Below, one piece after another: positions 23,743-37,313 of a DNA stretch of 64,000 bases (its first letter is position 1; the number at the start of each line of letters is the position of its first letter). Origin of the DNA: Takakia lepidozioides (Eukaryota; Plantae; Bryophyta); NCBI GenBank assembly GCA_030704615.1, contig CM060731.1, forward strand, positions 18,042,001 to 18,106,000. Reading direction: 5' to 3'. The position numbers and the translations under genes were made by a program. The notes under the pieces were generated by a model. That model was given only the letters and a program-made list of their open reading frames with translations. It was not told where the DNA came from and did not search any database.

Positions 23743-26163
23743 TTAAAGAAACTCCCTTCTTGGAACAGATTCCCTATCTGCAATCTTGCCCTGTTCCACG
23801 TCCACATGACCCGATGACAATTCGAACAATTGCTGCAGGTACTGGGGAGTAATTTCTATATCTACTCCCCTCACCTGGGTTACTCCCGGCCTAGGCTCAA
23901 AGTTCTGAAGAAATTGAAGCATATACTGTCGATGATGCAAGGACCAATCCTTGCGTAGCAGCCCCTCCAATCGCAACTCCCTCAGCAGCTGCACTGCCTG
24001 CAGTGTAGCAATTGTTTGCTTCTGCAGTATTGTGGTGCTCTTCACCCTGATATCCTCCATTCCCCTCACTCTCTTCATTCTAGACAAACAAAAAGGCCTT
24101 GTTTGAAACAGCTGAAGAAAAGCTTGCAGGGCACAGAGCATAAAGGTATGGTTGGCACAGAATGGAACAGGTAAGAGCGTGTAAGCCTGTGGGGCTTGCA
24201 AGTATCAAGTGAGAGAGAATGTACTCTCAATTCGTTTGTTCTTGCGCCACTGCGTGAGTAGTAAAGCGACCGTGTAATCTGTTATATCCGCCATAGCTAC
24301 AAAGCTATGGCTTTGATTGCCCCTCCCGTCGAGACACGGGCTATTCGGAGCCACCCCGACTCTTCCGCTCATAACTCTTCCGATTTCTTGTTTCTTGCTT
24401 TGGAGGGAACCACCTGCATGAAATTCTCGCTCCTGATTGGCTGTTGCCTGCATAGGTAACTTTTTAATTCTACCCCCCTCCGTGGACATTCCCACCTAGA
24501 ATGTCCAGTAGGACAGCACATGTGGTAAAAATCCCTCTTTTCTGTACTCGGAAAGGGTTCCGTTACCCCTGCCCCGAATGCATTAATGGGCCCACAAATA
24601 GTTTTGGCTGATGTACCGGGTAGGTACTTTGACGGCCTGATTTGTTCTCTTGCATGATGATACCCACTTCTGCAATTTATGCACAGCGGTGTGCTTCGCC
24701 CTAGTGACCACGTGTTTGTTTTTAGACGCCCCTCCGACTTCCCCTGTTTGCGTGGCACATTCTCCGAGTTTGACTTCCAAACTTCTCTTTCACTTGACGG
24801 CCACTTTTCTGACGTTAACCCGCGTCCACCTGTCACTGACCCTATGTACTGTGTAACCCGCATGGGCTGTGTTGAGCTGTGACAAGTTGTGTCTAACTGT
24901 GGTGGACTGTGATAGGCTGTGTGATGTTGTGGTGGGCTGTGATAACTGTGCGAACACCCGTGTTCTCCGCTCAGGCCATACACATTCGGCTTTACGACAA
25001 GTGCTTCATGCTCCGTTGGTATTACCGGTGCAGCCCGTGACTGTGTATGTGTTTCAATATGCAAATCGTGTTGCAAGGGTTTGTCGTGGATACCACTGTA
25101 TCCTTTCAACTTATTGGCATTGACTCTTCCCAACATCTCTTTGTTAATGGTTTGTAACATGGCGGTGTTGTTATCATACATCTTCTATATGACATAAGGT
25201 CCTTTCCATGGTGATTTAAGCTTAGAAGCCTTAATCTTCCCCTTCTTCTGCAACCACAGAACCAAATCACCCGTCTTAAAAGTTTTAGTTTACCTTCATC
25301 AAATTTATCCTTCATCTTAATCTGAATTCTGGTCATGTTATCTGCTGCATCAGCACGTAATTCTTCCACATGATATAATTCATGTTTCCTGACCTTGAAT
25401 CTTCCAATTCCATTCTCCTTCCCCATTCCGTTCTCATGGTAGGTAACAAGAACTCCACTAGAAGTAAAGCTTCCATACCATAAACTAATTGGAATGGTGT
25501 ATACTTAGTGGTGACTTTATATGAAGTCCTGTATGACCACGAAGCCGTCTACAGCTTTGTATCCCAATCTGTTCTGTTTGCATTGACTATCTTAGCCAAG
25601 ATAGTACATACTATTTTGTTGGTAGCCTCTGCCTGCCCATTCCCCTATGGGTAATAAGTTGTACTCTTCCTATGCACAATCATGAACTCTTTAGTCAATA
25701 GTTCTATGGTCTCATTAATGAAGTGACTTCCCTGGTCACTGATAAATTCCAGGGGACAGCCAAATCTTGTAAGTATGTTCTCATACATGAACCTTGCTGT
25801 GGACTTAGCTGTGTTGTCCCTCAGAGCTTTAGCTTCCACCCACTTTGTAGTATAATCAGTGGTTGTGATTATATATTTGTTCTGTGTATTCTTGGCTGGT
25901 GGGTTAATTGGTCCAACAAAGTCTAGTCCCCATTTCTCAAATGGTTCAGTAGGCATCATAGGATGCAAAGCCATCTTCCCAGATCTCTGCAATGGTCCTA
26001 GCCTCTGACACTCATCACAACTCTTACAATACTTGTGTACATCCTTGAACAAAGTATGCCACCAGTAACCTGCAAGTAGTATCTTTCTACTGGTAGTCTC
26101 TTCTCCAAAATGACCTCCAGCCACTCCTTTATGAACTTCCTCCAAAATGTGCAATAGAAACAA
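23743..26163 (-). mobile_element. Gypsy (Athila/Tat-like) integrase fragment plus downstream region and start of an extra ORF
   Basis: GGHFG...GYWW...CKSCDECQR, WGLDFVGP, DYTTKWVEA, ISDQGSHF. CACAGC repeats at ~24870-24950 resemble those in the LTR at 3706. Confidence 0.85.
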
Positions 26164-26239
26164 AGAAAAATAACTATACAGAGTCCTCCCTGCACCTTCA
26201 CCCTGACAGGCACCCAGCTAACAAGACTGGGCTTACATG

Positions 26240-28845
26240 GAAGTTGACCCTTGCCAAAGTTGGTAATGACAAGTCCAGGCTGAACAAAATTAGCAGTCAC
26301 ATTTGCTCCTTCGTCCTGCTCAATTGCAGCATGTTTTTCATGAGCACCATGTCTTTTCCAACACACAAATTCGTACTGACTAAGTCAATTCCCTAATTCC
26401 GCTTTGTCCTGACTCTCTCCCTTCCTAGCAAGTAATGCACAACCATTACATTACACAGACCCTCAGTCCAGTTTTTGCAGCCACAGTCTTGGCAGTCCCA
26501 GTTTGTAGCTTGTGACACTACTATCACATTAGAGGGCTAAAATCCTGAGGCCACATCAGCAAGTATGGTACATTGGAGAAGCTTAATTTCACTCGCCTGG
26601 CCAGGTTGTTACACTAAGCAACAGAGACTGTTGACTAACCTGGAGACGTTGAGCAAGCACTTTTGCATGAGAATGTTGGCCAGCTTGGATTGTCCATATG
26701 CAGACCAAGCTTTGTAACTGCTTACCCATGCCCACTGGCAAGAACTTCAGTTACTGCTTACCTGATAACCTTCGTTACGTCCACTCTGGTTTAGAATCTC
26801 TATTGCTCTTCTATGTCTGCCAATATCTGGCTTTTTCTCTGATATTGTGACTAGCTGTGCACAGCAGCAAAGTTTATCACCTTCGTTTCCATCTAAAGGA
26901 GTGTTGGAATCAAGCTTAATGCTTAGTAGTAGGATGTCAATACAGTGCATACATCAGAACTGCATTTGCTGTAACCGCATTGTTCAGGGTGTACAGGAGT
27001 ACAATGGCACTTCCGGTAGACTTTCGCATGTTTTTGGGGCCAAAAACGCCACAACTATCTAGGGGGTTGTCCAATGGGGTATGCCCTCAAAGGTACATTA
27101 TAGCCAACATTTGAAGACAGCCATCAATAAGTACATTCTGTTTCCATTACCAGAAAGGTGTAAAATCTTTGATGACTCTGTGACACTGGCTTAACCATGT
27201 TCTCTTTATACCTCTTTTCATCATTCAACTTGTCAAAGCGAATTCCTTCCTTGTATGCGGATTTGTGAGCCTCAGATGCCAAAATCACAATGCGCCCCTG
27301 CTCTCCAGTCTCCTTGGCCGTTGCTTTCAAGGTATCAAGCAGTAGATTGGTCAGAAGAAATGTACCTGCTTACAAAGACCAGGATTTCAATAAAGGTTCC
27401 TGCGGACCACCACCGAAAATTGGAACATTTCAATCATTCATCACCAGCTTAGCATCTTGAGACAAAATCACACCAAAAGAGAGAGAAAATGTACTCATGC
27501 AGTTTCCTGCGAGCACTGGCTTGCCAAGGTCATTGACCCCTCAGAAAACTAACCCTCCCGTAGCCTTTTATGGGATTGGCACCCACCAGGGAGAGAAAGA
27601 GACAATCTGACTTACCAATATGATTGGTGGCAAAAGTCTTCTCAAGACCGTCTTTTGACAGCTGGAAACTGGCCAACATTACCCTGCATTATTGCTGTTC
27701 ACATGCCATGCCACCTATGTAAGTTTACACAGCTTGGTCTCTATACCAGGTAAGAAGAGTTCACTGAGATCAAAGTTGTCTAATGTCATGCACAGCCAGG
27801 ACCAACTTCACTTCCATCCAAGCCCTCCTTCATCAACCCACCACAGTGACATCTGCACGAGTTCTGTGCATCAACATTAAGAGGAAAAAACCCTACATGA
27901 GGACATTGAGAGGGATATTTCTCGACTTGAAATCAGCTGCAAATTTGCGAACAGCTGAGAGAGAGTTGAGGTCGAGTTCCAAAACATCCAAGTGGGCAGT
28001 TGGTGTCGTCTCCAAAATCTTCGCTTTCACTTCCTCTCCTTTCTTTGTATTGCGGACAGCTATGATGACACGTGCCCTCTCTTTGCCAACACCCTTGCTG
28101 TCTCCACTCCTAAACCAGATGACGCTCCTGCACTCCATATCTGTGACTTTAGTGGCCACCACATTTTTCTCTCTTGTTCACACAAAGAAACTTCCTTCTG
28201 TAGTCGTCCCTTCTCTTTCCTTCTGATTCACCAATCAGAAGAATGGAATGTTTTGTCACACAAAGCTACTGAATGATTGTTCTTCCTGACTGTTCAAATT
28301 AGGAGCATAGATTGCATGAACTCAAATGTTTCACCTACGATCCTCCCCTTCTTCCGAATTCTTTCCTCCCTCTGTATATGTGTGTGTGCACTGTCTGAAT
28401 CTTAACATTAGAGCCAATTGGCAGGATTCAAGAATATATGCAAAGCAAGGTACTATGCAAGGGCTAATTCAAGTCACATGTGTATCATCCCTCTGTATTC
28501 CTCATTCCGTTTTCCTTCTCTCCGCCACCTATCTCTCACCTGCCTGGTTGTTTCCTTTCACATGAACCCTCTAAAAACTAATCCAGTGGGCAACTGCAAG
28601 CAGCTATGCAATTGGCTGGGTGCCAGGGCACTACACTGTAAAAAAACATCGATGGAACAAGCGACGCGTGAGATCAAGCCGGTGCAAACATGTCAAGAGT
28701 GAATTAGGTGATCATGAGACGCTAAGTTAACAAAGGAGGATGAAGAAATACCAGTAACCATCACAGTTTTCGAATGCAGGTCCAAACCGGCAGTTACATC
28801 CTCAGCGGTAGAACTGGATCCTAAGAAGCTCAGCGCTGAACCCAT
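26240..28845 (-). CDS. Tic32/retinol-dehydrogenase-like short-chain dehydrogenase/reductase; spliced, with three 1-nt frameshifts and no 3' exons (pseudogene or assembly errors)
   Basis: Exons ~28752-28845 ([32 protein letters not shown]), 27897-28127 ([15 protein letters not shown]), ~27617-27694 (NNAG...FATNHIG), ~27212-27365, ~26640-26718 (YGQSKLAN, YxxxK), ~26240-26316; GT-AG borders. Confidence 0.8.
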
Positions 28846-30316
28846 TTTCTTGGCTCAACCGATCTTCTTCAGAAGAACTCCATCCATGCAGCTTGGCTGC
28901 TTTGGCGATGACATTCCTGAATCGTTTCACGAATTTTGCATTCGCAGTCGAGCGCCCTTCCAAGGTCTAAGACCACCTTGATCAACGAGTAGACAACCTC
29001 TCTTTCCAACAGCGGGATTGGTGAACTTTTTCGCAATCTGAGACAAACATAACATTTCGGTGTTGCCCTCGACAACGAGAGGAAGATCAGCTACATCGTC
29101 CATTTCCTTGACTGCCATACTAACAACCCAATCTGACGCTCTCCTCTTTTTAAATGAGATCCAGCAAAAAAAACCTAAAGAAATTCATTGAGGCATTTTC
29201 GGTAAAGTGATGAAGATTCCGTTTGATGAGTACCTTAACAAATTCAAAAGGCCTAGTGGATCCAACATCATGCGTTATTTCAGTATAGATTTTAAGACCA
29301 AAGCCGACACGGCGTAAACAAATGATACGGTAAGATTCTTACCATAAACATATTTCTTTTTACAGTCCAATTCTTCATTCTCACATTAACTTTGGAAATA
29401 TATTATGAAAATCATTGGTGGCTATACAGTTGCTATCAGACGACATTTTGGGTGCCAACTTGGCTGAAGGACCTGCGGTGATTGGAAAGCCTCCAAGGAA
29501 AAGAAAAAAAACTGGTGGAAGTGGAGATCTTCACAATGAAACAGACATCACACAACCACATGATAGAGTAAAATTTGCACTAAAAATATACTTCTTTTTA
29601 ACAATCCAGTTCTTCCCTCTCAATAAATAGCTCATATGAGTTAGCGTAGCTAGTTATAATATATCGAAGGTTTAGAAGAAAGAACGTTCAGTGTGACATG
29701 TAAAATTGGCTAGCATTGGTTAGAGATGTACTATAGTTGTTTATTAATTTCAAACTTGATCTTAGTCATTATAACTATCTCCGCAGATTCCAAAGATTTT
29801 TCACAAGTTTCTATGGGAACTTGCATATGCAAAAAACATGCAATTTCTCGCAGTACAGACAATATATTGATCTATTAGCCTTCAAGCATGAAAAATGAGA
29901 CTTCAAGCATATTTCATTATATACCTCAACTAATAAATCAGCCATAAGTACATATTTGATCCCCGTTACAGAGATTTATCATTGGTGGGCAGTTTTGTAG
30001 GTCGCATAAGTGTCATCCGCATTGCTCACAATAGATTGGTCATTCCCTTGCTCATTAACTTGTATCTAAAGAATCATCCTTCAACGGGAATATAGGTCGC
30101 AGATCCCGAAACAATAAATAGTAGGAATATAGTGTTTGGAGGTACTAGTGGAGTTTTTGGGGCTGACATTTCATTACAAGACCTTGTCTTTGAACATGCT
30201 AGGATATTTTTAATGTCTTGAGCTTAAAACTTGATTTTTCAAGATTGGTTTATTATTCTCAAGGTCTATTTTGAAAACTGGTCAAGTCTGATTTTTTGTG
30301 GTTGAAGTCTAATTTA

Positions 30317-30590
30317 TAGAGTAGTGCCGGAGGGATCCTCGGATTTGAGGGTTAAGACTGCCACGGCGGCGCCATGGCAAGCTGCAGCTGCTAGGTTGAT
30401 GGAGCTGTCAGCTAGGCCAGCCATTGAGCGCGCCATGGTGACACCTGGAGTTGTCATGTTAGACAACCAGGATGACATTTTCTGTTTGAGTGGACCGGCG
30501 GGCAAGAGGTACCGGCCACTGCGGGTCTTGTTGGACTCGGGAGCTCAGCCACTGATGCTGGGCAGAGCTGCTATTGCAGGCTTGGGCAGA
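30317..30590 (+). pseudogene. Retroviral-type aspartic protease fragment, probably from element 1
   Basis: LRVLLDSGAQPLMLG; same strand as the pol at 33629. Confidence 0.7.
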
Positions 30591-33121
30591 GTAGCCCTCA
30601 CCTGTGGATGTTCCGCAATTCCATCTCTGATCCAAGGAAACACGTGGCGTCGAGAAGTTGACCCTGTCCGCCTATGGGAATCTGCATCCGATCCCGGAGG
30701 GGTGTCCAATTTCCGTTTGCAAGACCCGAATCTCTCTTCGCCTTCCAGATGGGGAACTCTTCCCACGAGAGGGGTGCCATCTGCACATATGCTCACTGCC
30801 CGCGCTATTTTGCTAGGATCCCCTGATCTTCCAGCTGCCCGCAACATCAACTCGCTCATGTCCGGACCTTTGCCCCTCAAGAATGACCTGTATCTAGTTT
30901 GCTGCTGTAGAGCACGAATAAGGTCATCGGCCGTCGCTGCATACAAATCTCTCCCTTTTTTGCCGGATTGCTGCAACCAGGCATTGTGCACTGTCTCCGC
31001 AAGATTGCAAGAAGGCATGTCCACCATCTCCTCAATGGACATATGCTGCAAGGCAAAAAAACACAAAGCCCATATTAGAGTTGGACCCTGAAAGATATAT
31101 TGGAAGCACCCAAACAAACTTTTGAATGCAAACCACTCACCGTTGTCATGGCCGCTCCCCACTGTCGGTAACGGAGTGCCAAAATGCGAACCAGTCTTGC
31201 AGTGCCCTCATGCTGTCCTCCGATGCCGCTCCAGATGAGTACCACCAGGCACGAATTGTCTGGAACAATGTATTCGCTTCCCCCATAGTTTTGGCGTCTT
31301 TGTACTGTTTGCACAGTTGACGATGCATACTCTGCATATCTGGCTTGATGTACGTCTTTGTGTGTTTGTCGAGGGATTGTGTCCAATGGAAAAGACACGT
31401 ACGTTCTCTTCTAGGCATTGGCACTTTTGGATCTCCCGACCCGAACACAATGCGGACAGCGTTGAAGTTAGCTTGAGCACTATCGGCCATGAAACCAACG
31501 AAATTGGGAGATGGGAGACCATTGGAGGCCATAACACGAATGAGAGCTTCCCACATGAGCTGCTGTGAGTCTGTGTCCTCTGACTGCATGTCACACACTG
31601 CAATTGTCATGACCCGCTGGTACACAGGGTCGTAAACATGACATGCCATTGTGGTCCAGTCTTTAACTCTCTTGACATGATCGAACATAAGGAAGCAGTT
31701 GCCAAGATCGCCACCCTTCTGCATACGTTTAACCAGGCTGACCCCGCTGCCCTCACCTTTTGTGGACATTTTGAACAAGAACACTTTCCTGGCTCCTTGT
31801 CCCGGGAAAACACTGTCTTGGATGTAGTCGTACATGCTCCTTTTCTTCAAATCCATAATATTGTCCATATAACCTCGGCTCCCAGAGCCCATTCTTAAAG
31901 CGTTCACCTGATTCCTAATGTTTGGAGAAGTCAAGCAGAGAAATGGTCCATAACAGTGTCCAAGCTGGTCCTTCCAGCATTCGTCCAACCGAATTTGATG
32001 CACACAGAATACGGCTTTCCAGAAAGGACTTGCTCGCCCCCATGGCAATTGCAGATGTGGTGCCAGTTGGATTGGTATCCAACTCTTGCCTTATCAGACG
32101 AGAGACTGTGTCAACGCTCTCCTATAATCCCCCTTGGACACAGGGTGGTTGTGAAAACCGAAATGGACACAGGCTCTAGTCAGGTTTTTGAATCGATGCA
32201 CCACATAATACATTCTGGCGCCACACAAAGCAAGGCAGCAAGGTGGTACCCTACAGAACTTGCACACAAAAGTGTTACTGTATGGTGGTGTTACCCCAGG
32301 CTTGAATGGATTCTCACTGACTCCATCCCATTCGCTTTGGTTTTGCACACCTGACAATGCGAAGTGTCTGCATTTCATGTTCTCGCATTTCAGGTGCCCA
32401 TTACAGACTGTTCGCCTGAATATGAGGTTGTCGTTGTTGTGAATATTGGATGTTTTTGTGCGGCACCAAGGGTGCCCATCGTGCTTTTTGTCCATTCCTT
32501 CCAGGAGACTGGAAATCCCCCCACGCGACCAGGAGGAGGCAGCTCAAAAACAGTATTACCATCAAACGATTCCGGCAAGAATGCCACCCTTTCAATATTG
32601 AAAGTGCTCCAGTCTATCCCCTCAACTCACTCTTGAATCCTGCCATCCCACCCATCGCTTTCAATTTAGGAATGACACTGGAGATCTCCTCCACATCTGG
32701 TTCTACATGTGGACATGGCTGATCCACAGGCGGAATTGCACATGTGTCATCGGAGGATGAGTCCGAAAGGTCAACTACAGTGTTAACGGCAGTCGCCTCC
32801 TTCTTCACAACCACTGGTGTCTTCTCCTGGGCCACTGATGCTGCCGTGCCAGGAGTTACGAACGATCCTGCAGACTGTCTCAGAGGAGCACTCAGCACCC
32901 TGTATCTGCCTGGAGGCACTCTCCATTGCGTGGTTGGTGCAGTTTGCGATGGTTTCTGGAACGCGTACTTGAGCAGTTTTCCATTGGCATCGTACACTTC
33001 CCTCTGAAGGAATAGACTACCATTTTCCAACCGAAACTGCGTTGCGAGGACGAGTTCATGAACCACCGCAAAACCATCATCTTCCACCTCATAAGAAAAT
33101 GGAACAGGGTGGTCGTCACTG
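30590..33121 (-). mobile_element. Mutator-like (MULE) transposase, frameshifted, with a GCM/WRKY-like Zn-binding region
   Basis: CNGHLKC...CKFC...CGAR...HNHP, then FLMFDHVK...FMADSAQA...CLFHW (DDE core with CxxH). Confidence 0.75.
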
Positions 33122-33621
33122 NNNNNNNNNNNNNNNNNNNNNNNNNNNNNNNNNNNNNNNNNNNNNNNNNNNNNNNNNNNNNNNNNNNNNNNNNNNNNNN
33201 NNNNNNNNNNNNNNNNNNNNNNNNNNNNNNNNNNNNNNNNNNNNNNNNNNNNNNNNNNNNNNNNNNNNNNNNNNNNNNNNNNNNNNNNNNNNNNNNNNNN
33301 NNNNNNNNNNNNNNNNNNNNNNNNNNNNNNNNNNNNNNNNNNNNNNNNNNNNNNNNNNNNNNNNNNNNNNNNNNNNNNNNNNNNNNNNNNNNNNNNNNNN
33401 NNNNNNNNNNNNNNNNNNNNNNNNNNNNNNNNNNNNNNNNNNNNNNNNNNNNNNNNNNNNNNNNNNNNNNNNNNNNNNNNNNNNNNNNNNNNNNNNNNNN
33501 NNNNNNNNNNNNNNNNNNNNNNNNNNNNNNNNNNNNNNNNNNNNNNNNNNNNNNNNNNNNNNNNNNNNNNNNNNNNNNNNNNNNNNNNNNNNNNNNNNNN
33601 NNNNNNNNNNNNNNNNNNNNN
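33122..33621. other. Assembly gap (500 N)
   Basis: Run of N. Confidence 1.
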
Positions 33622-35467
33622 GTGGGCCGTGGCACACTTCAGGTGCTATCTATACGGCAATCTTTTCACCCTTGTCACGGATCACCAGCCACTCAAGTGG
33701 TTGATGGAGTCAGACAAGCTTACGGGGAAGCTTGCACGGTGGGCACTTATACTCCAGGAGTATGACTTTCAGGTTGTGCATCGACCGGGTTTGGTCAATC
33801 GGGATGCGGATGGATTGAGTCGCAATCCATGCATGAGCCAGGAGGATGACACTGGAGCTCGGTGGCATGGTGAGACGGACGAGGAGATGGTGCCGGGATG
33901 GCACGCATCTGCATTTTTGTGTATCTTGGCATCGGGAGGTCAGATTGGACCTACAACAGGGATGACTGTAGACGGAGTGTCTGAGGACCCTGAGGCTAGT
34001 GATGAGCTAGGTGGTGCCAGAGATATACATGAGGATTCGGCTGTGTTGGACTACCTCCGCACGAGAGACACGGCAGCCATTGTGACTGCCAGGGAGAGGG
34101 ATCGGATCCTGCAACGAGCCAAGAGGTTCAAGTGGGAGGGGATACACCTACTTCGAGTGTGGGAGGATGGTTGGGTGAGGATTGTGCCTCACCCCACACA
34201 GCGTGCACGGTTAGTGCGCCATGCCCATGAGGAGTTGGGGCATTTTGGAGTGCGACGCACTCACAGTTTACTGCAGGGGCAGTATTGGTGGCGTGGTATG
34301 CATACAGAGGTGCAACAATTCGTGGCTAGGTGCATGGTGTGTGACAGGGTGCGTGCTTCATTCCACGCCCCTACACCACAGTTGCATCCTTTACCAATCA
34401 TGGGATTGGGCTACAGGTGGAGTCTTGACTTCGCAAGACCGTTGCCACTGACTATGCGCCACCACAGATATGTGTTGGTGATGGTGGAGCACTTCTCCAA
34501 GTGGATTGAGTTGGTTCAATTGCCTGACAAGGCTAGTGAGGGGGCTGCGTATGCATTCTTGGATCGTGTGCTTAGCCGATTTGGTGCTCCAGCTGAGGTA
34601 CTCACAGACCAAGGGAGAGAGTTCTTGGGGGAGTTTCAGGCTTTGTGTGATAAAGCCTTGATAGACCACCGCACCACTTCTCGGGATCATCCTGAGGCCG
34701 ATGGCTTAGCAGAGAGAGTTGTTCAGACGGTGAAGAGGGGTTTGCGCAAGTATGGCTTGCAGAAGGGACACCTAGGAGATTGGGATCTTCAGGTTCCTTG
34801 GTTAGCCCTGGGCTACAGGTTCAGCAAACAAGCATCACTTGCCTCCTTCTCACCATATTTCCTTCTCTTTGGCCGAGAGCCGGATTTGCCTGCAGCCATT
34901 CGTAGGGACATTGCTCAAGTCCTTAACCTTGACGACCCGGACGTGTGGGTACGTGCATGTGATCAGCGTGCAGAGTTGTTCAAGAAAGTCATGCCCATGG
35001 CTTTTGAGAACCTTGCCATTGCACAGCACCGTGATACGTTGAGGTATGCCACTATACGTGGTGGAGGATATCGTCCTGGGGTTCGGAGGTTTAGCCCTGG
35101 TGACTATGTTTATTTGCAGCAGACTGCTCCTACGACTCTGGATGTTACTGCAGGGCGTGTTATCCTGAGGGTTCGAGAGGTGTTGCCCTCAGGGGTCCTG
35201 ATCTTAGAGGGTCGGGATGGCATGACTTGGAAGGACCATGTGCGTAATTGTGCGCCATGTCACCTTCCCAATGTCGATGGCAGAGTTGACCCAAACTTGG
35301 CAGTGGTACCTGCAGGTTTGAGGTGCATGCTCTGTGGGTCTGCCAAAGGGGCAGCCACCATGCTGGTGTGTGATCGATGCTCAAGGGGTTGGCATATGGG
35401 ATGCTTGACACCACCTCTTGAGAAGGTTCCTGACGGAGATTGGTTGTGTCCACACTGCTTGGGATAG
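33622..35467 (+). CDS. Element 1 pol C-terminus: end of RNase H, integrase (HHCC + DDE), C-terminal PHD finger
   Basis: TDHQPL, DADGLSR; HEELGH...CMVC; LDFA...TDQG...AERVVQ; C4HC3 CMLC...CDRC..GWHMGC...WLCPHC. Confidence 0.93.
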
Positions 35468-35725
35468 TGGCAGTGGACATGACTGGAGGCAGCTAACAAG
35501 ACATGGGAGGCCAAGCTCATAGGAGTCAATACATGAGATCTCAAGCTCAAGTTCACAGGTTGTAAGACGGCAACTAATGATGGGGCAACTCTTGCACCCG
35601 GCCTCTTGATCTATCGAGTTTGAGTGTAGTAGGGATAGTGGTGGAGGACTTAGTGAGGCTATGGTCACTATCACATCTTGTGGCTACCTGGACTTAGAGG
35701 GACCTAAGCACCAGCTAGGGCGGCG

Positions 35726-36399
35726 ATTGTGTGGACTAGTGACTGCCATAGTGGGCAGCATAGTGGCAGCCTAGTGACTGACTAGTTGTAGCCTAGTGGT
35801 TGGACTAGTGCTGGACTAGTGGTATACTAGTGTGTGGTGTGCACATGTGTTGTGTGGTTTTGGACAGCGATGTAGTTGTGTAGCGATATGTATGCGCACG
35901 ACAGCTGTCAAGTTATTTTACCACTAGTGTGAAACTAGCTAGGAAATAGCTAGCTTTTACATATTGACATTTGGGATTGGCCCAAGTGTCAATCCAGGGG
36001 TCAAGGCAGATTTAGGCCCTGGAGTGGTTATCTTCACGGCAAGCGCGGGAGGCTCATCTTTCTCGAGTTGAGCCTCACCGCGCCTAGCTATGGCGCCGTA
36101 GTGTGGATTCCCCATGGCGTGGGGTTCACTTGGCTTGACTTGTATTTGAGTGATGAGGTTATATATGCATGAGTTTATGCTTCAGATTTGTGAGCTCGTG
36201 CTTGTATTCTTCTTCTTTATCATTGTGTGGACTAGTGACTGCCATAGTGGGTAGCATAGTGGCAGCCTAGTGACTGACTAGTTGTATCCTAGTGGTTGGA
36301 CTAGTGGTGGACTAGTGGTATACTAGTGTGTGGTGTGCACATGTGTTGTGTGGTTTTGGACAGCGATGTAGTTGTGTAGCGATATGTATGCGCACGACA
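35726..36399 (+). repeat. B1-GC-A2-B2 terminal block of element 1
   Basis: B1 35726-35903 and B2 36222-36399 are 178-bp direct repeats ending GCGCACGACA; A2 is 35906-36221. Confidence 0.95.
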
Positions 36400-37313
36400 G
36401 CCCAACAAATTGAGTGTCCTGCTTATGGAATCATAAGCATGGCCTGCTGGGGGTCATCATGGTGAACTTGCTGATGTTCTCCCTGATCCTCCACAGTGTG
36501 ATGCTTCACCAACCATTCAGGCCATTGCCCCACCAGATCCTCTTCCTGAACCACCTCATCCTCCACAGGTGCTGCAGTGTCCTAATATTCTACCTCTGGT
36601 ACCTCCGTCACAGGTGTGGGTATTACATGCACAGCAGGGATTTCCCTGGACAGACTCTGCACCTCTCGTACCACTGATTCCCTGACCAAGCCAGAGTTTT
36701 CATAGAGAAGGTCATCCTTCTCAATTTCTGCCACGACCAGCTCTGTAGTGGGAATGTCCAACCCTTCTCTTTCCAGAGCAATAGGTTCTGGTGGAACAAC
36801 ATGTACTAACTTAGGTACCTCTGAGACAACCGATTCAACTGGCTGTGATGGCTGTGGTACCGAAGTGACTTCTTCTTACCTCTCCAAAGGTCGTGCTTTT
36901 AGTAATAACAGCCCTCTGTGCTGTTTTGCCCCATCCTGCACAAGAGCTTGGGAAACATTATCTTGCGACTTTCTTGAAGCTAGTGGATCCGCCACTACAG
37001 TCATACCCCTCTTCTGTCTCTTAGACTGGTGTTGCTCTGCCAGTCCACCCTCACTATGTGAAGAACCTTGCTCCTCCATTGCAGTGGTTGCTGCCTCAAA
37101 CACTCCCATCTCCTTACGTTCTCGCGCATCAAGTATGCAAGAGTCAAGAATAATCTGAGCAATGACTGGGCCAGACACGATGATCGGAGACTTAGCAGCA
37201 GTGCCCTGTAACTTCTTCATCTCTTCCACCAGACCATTGTACATTAACTCTACCCAAGCTACATCCTCTCCTCGCAAGGCTTTCAGTATCTCCTCTGTGA
37301 ATGACCTGCTCAA
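36400..37313 (-). pseudogene. Displaced upstream part of the LTR-element extra ORF that continues at 7120 (+)
   Basis: Joining the reverse complement of 36400+ to 7120+ through one GGGC gives an open frame DSISRTLNLLG-TYVKSHVPSTQLAAL. Confidence 0.75.

Noticed and set aside
32892-33765. Long ORFs spanning X residues
   Set aside because: Artefacts of the N gap.
33622-36399. PAT/Ngaro tyrosine-recombinase retrotransposon
   Set aside because: No YR catalytic motif seen; a full DDE integrase and 4-bp TSDs are present. Part of each copy is missing, so a YR gene is not formally excluded.
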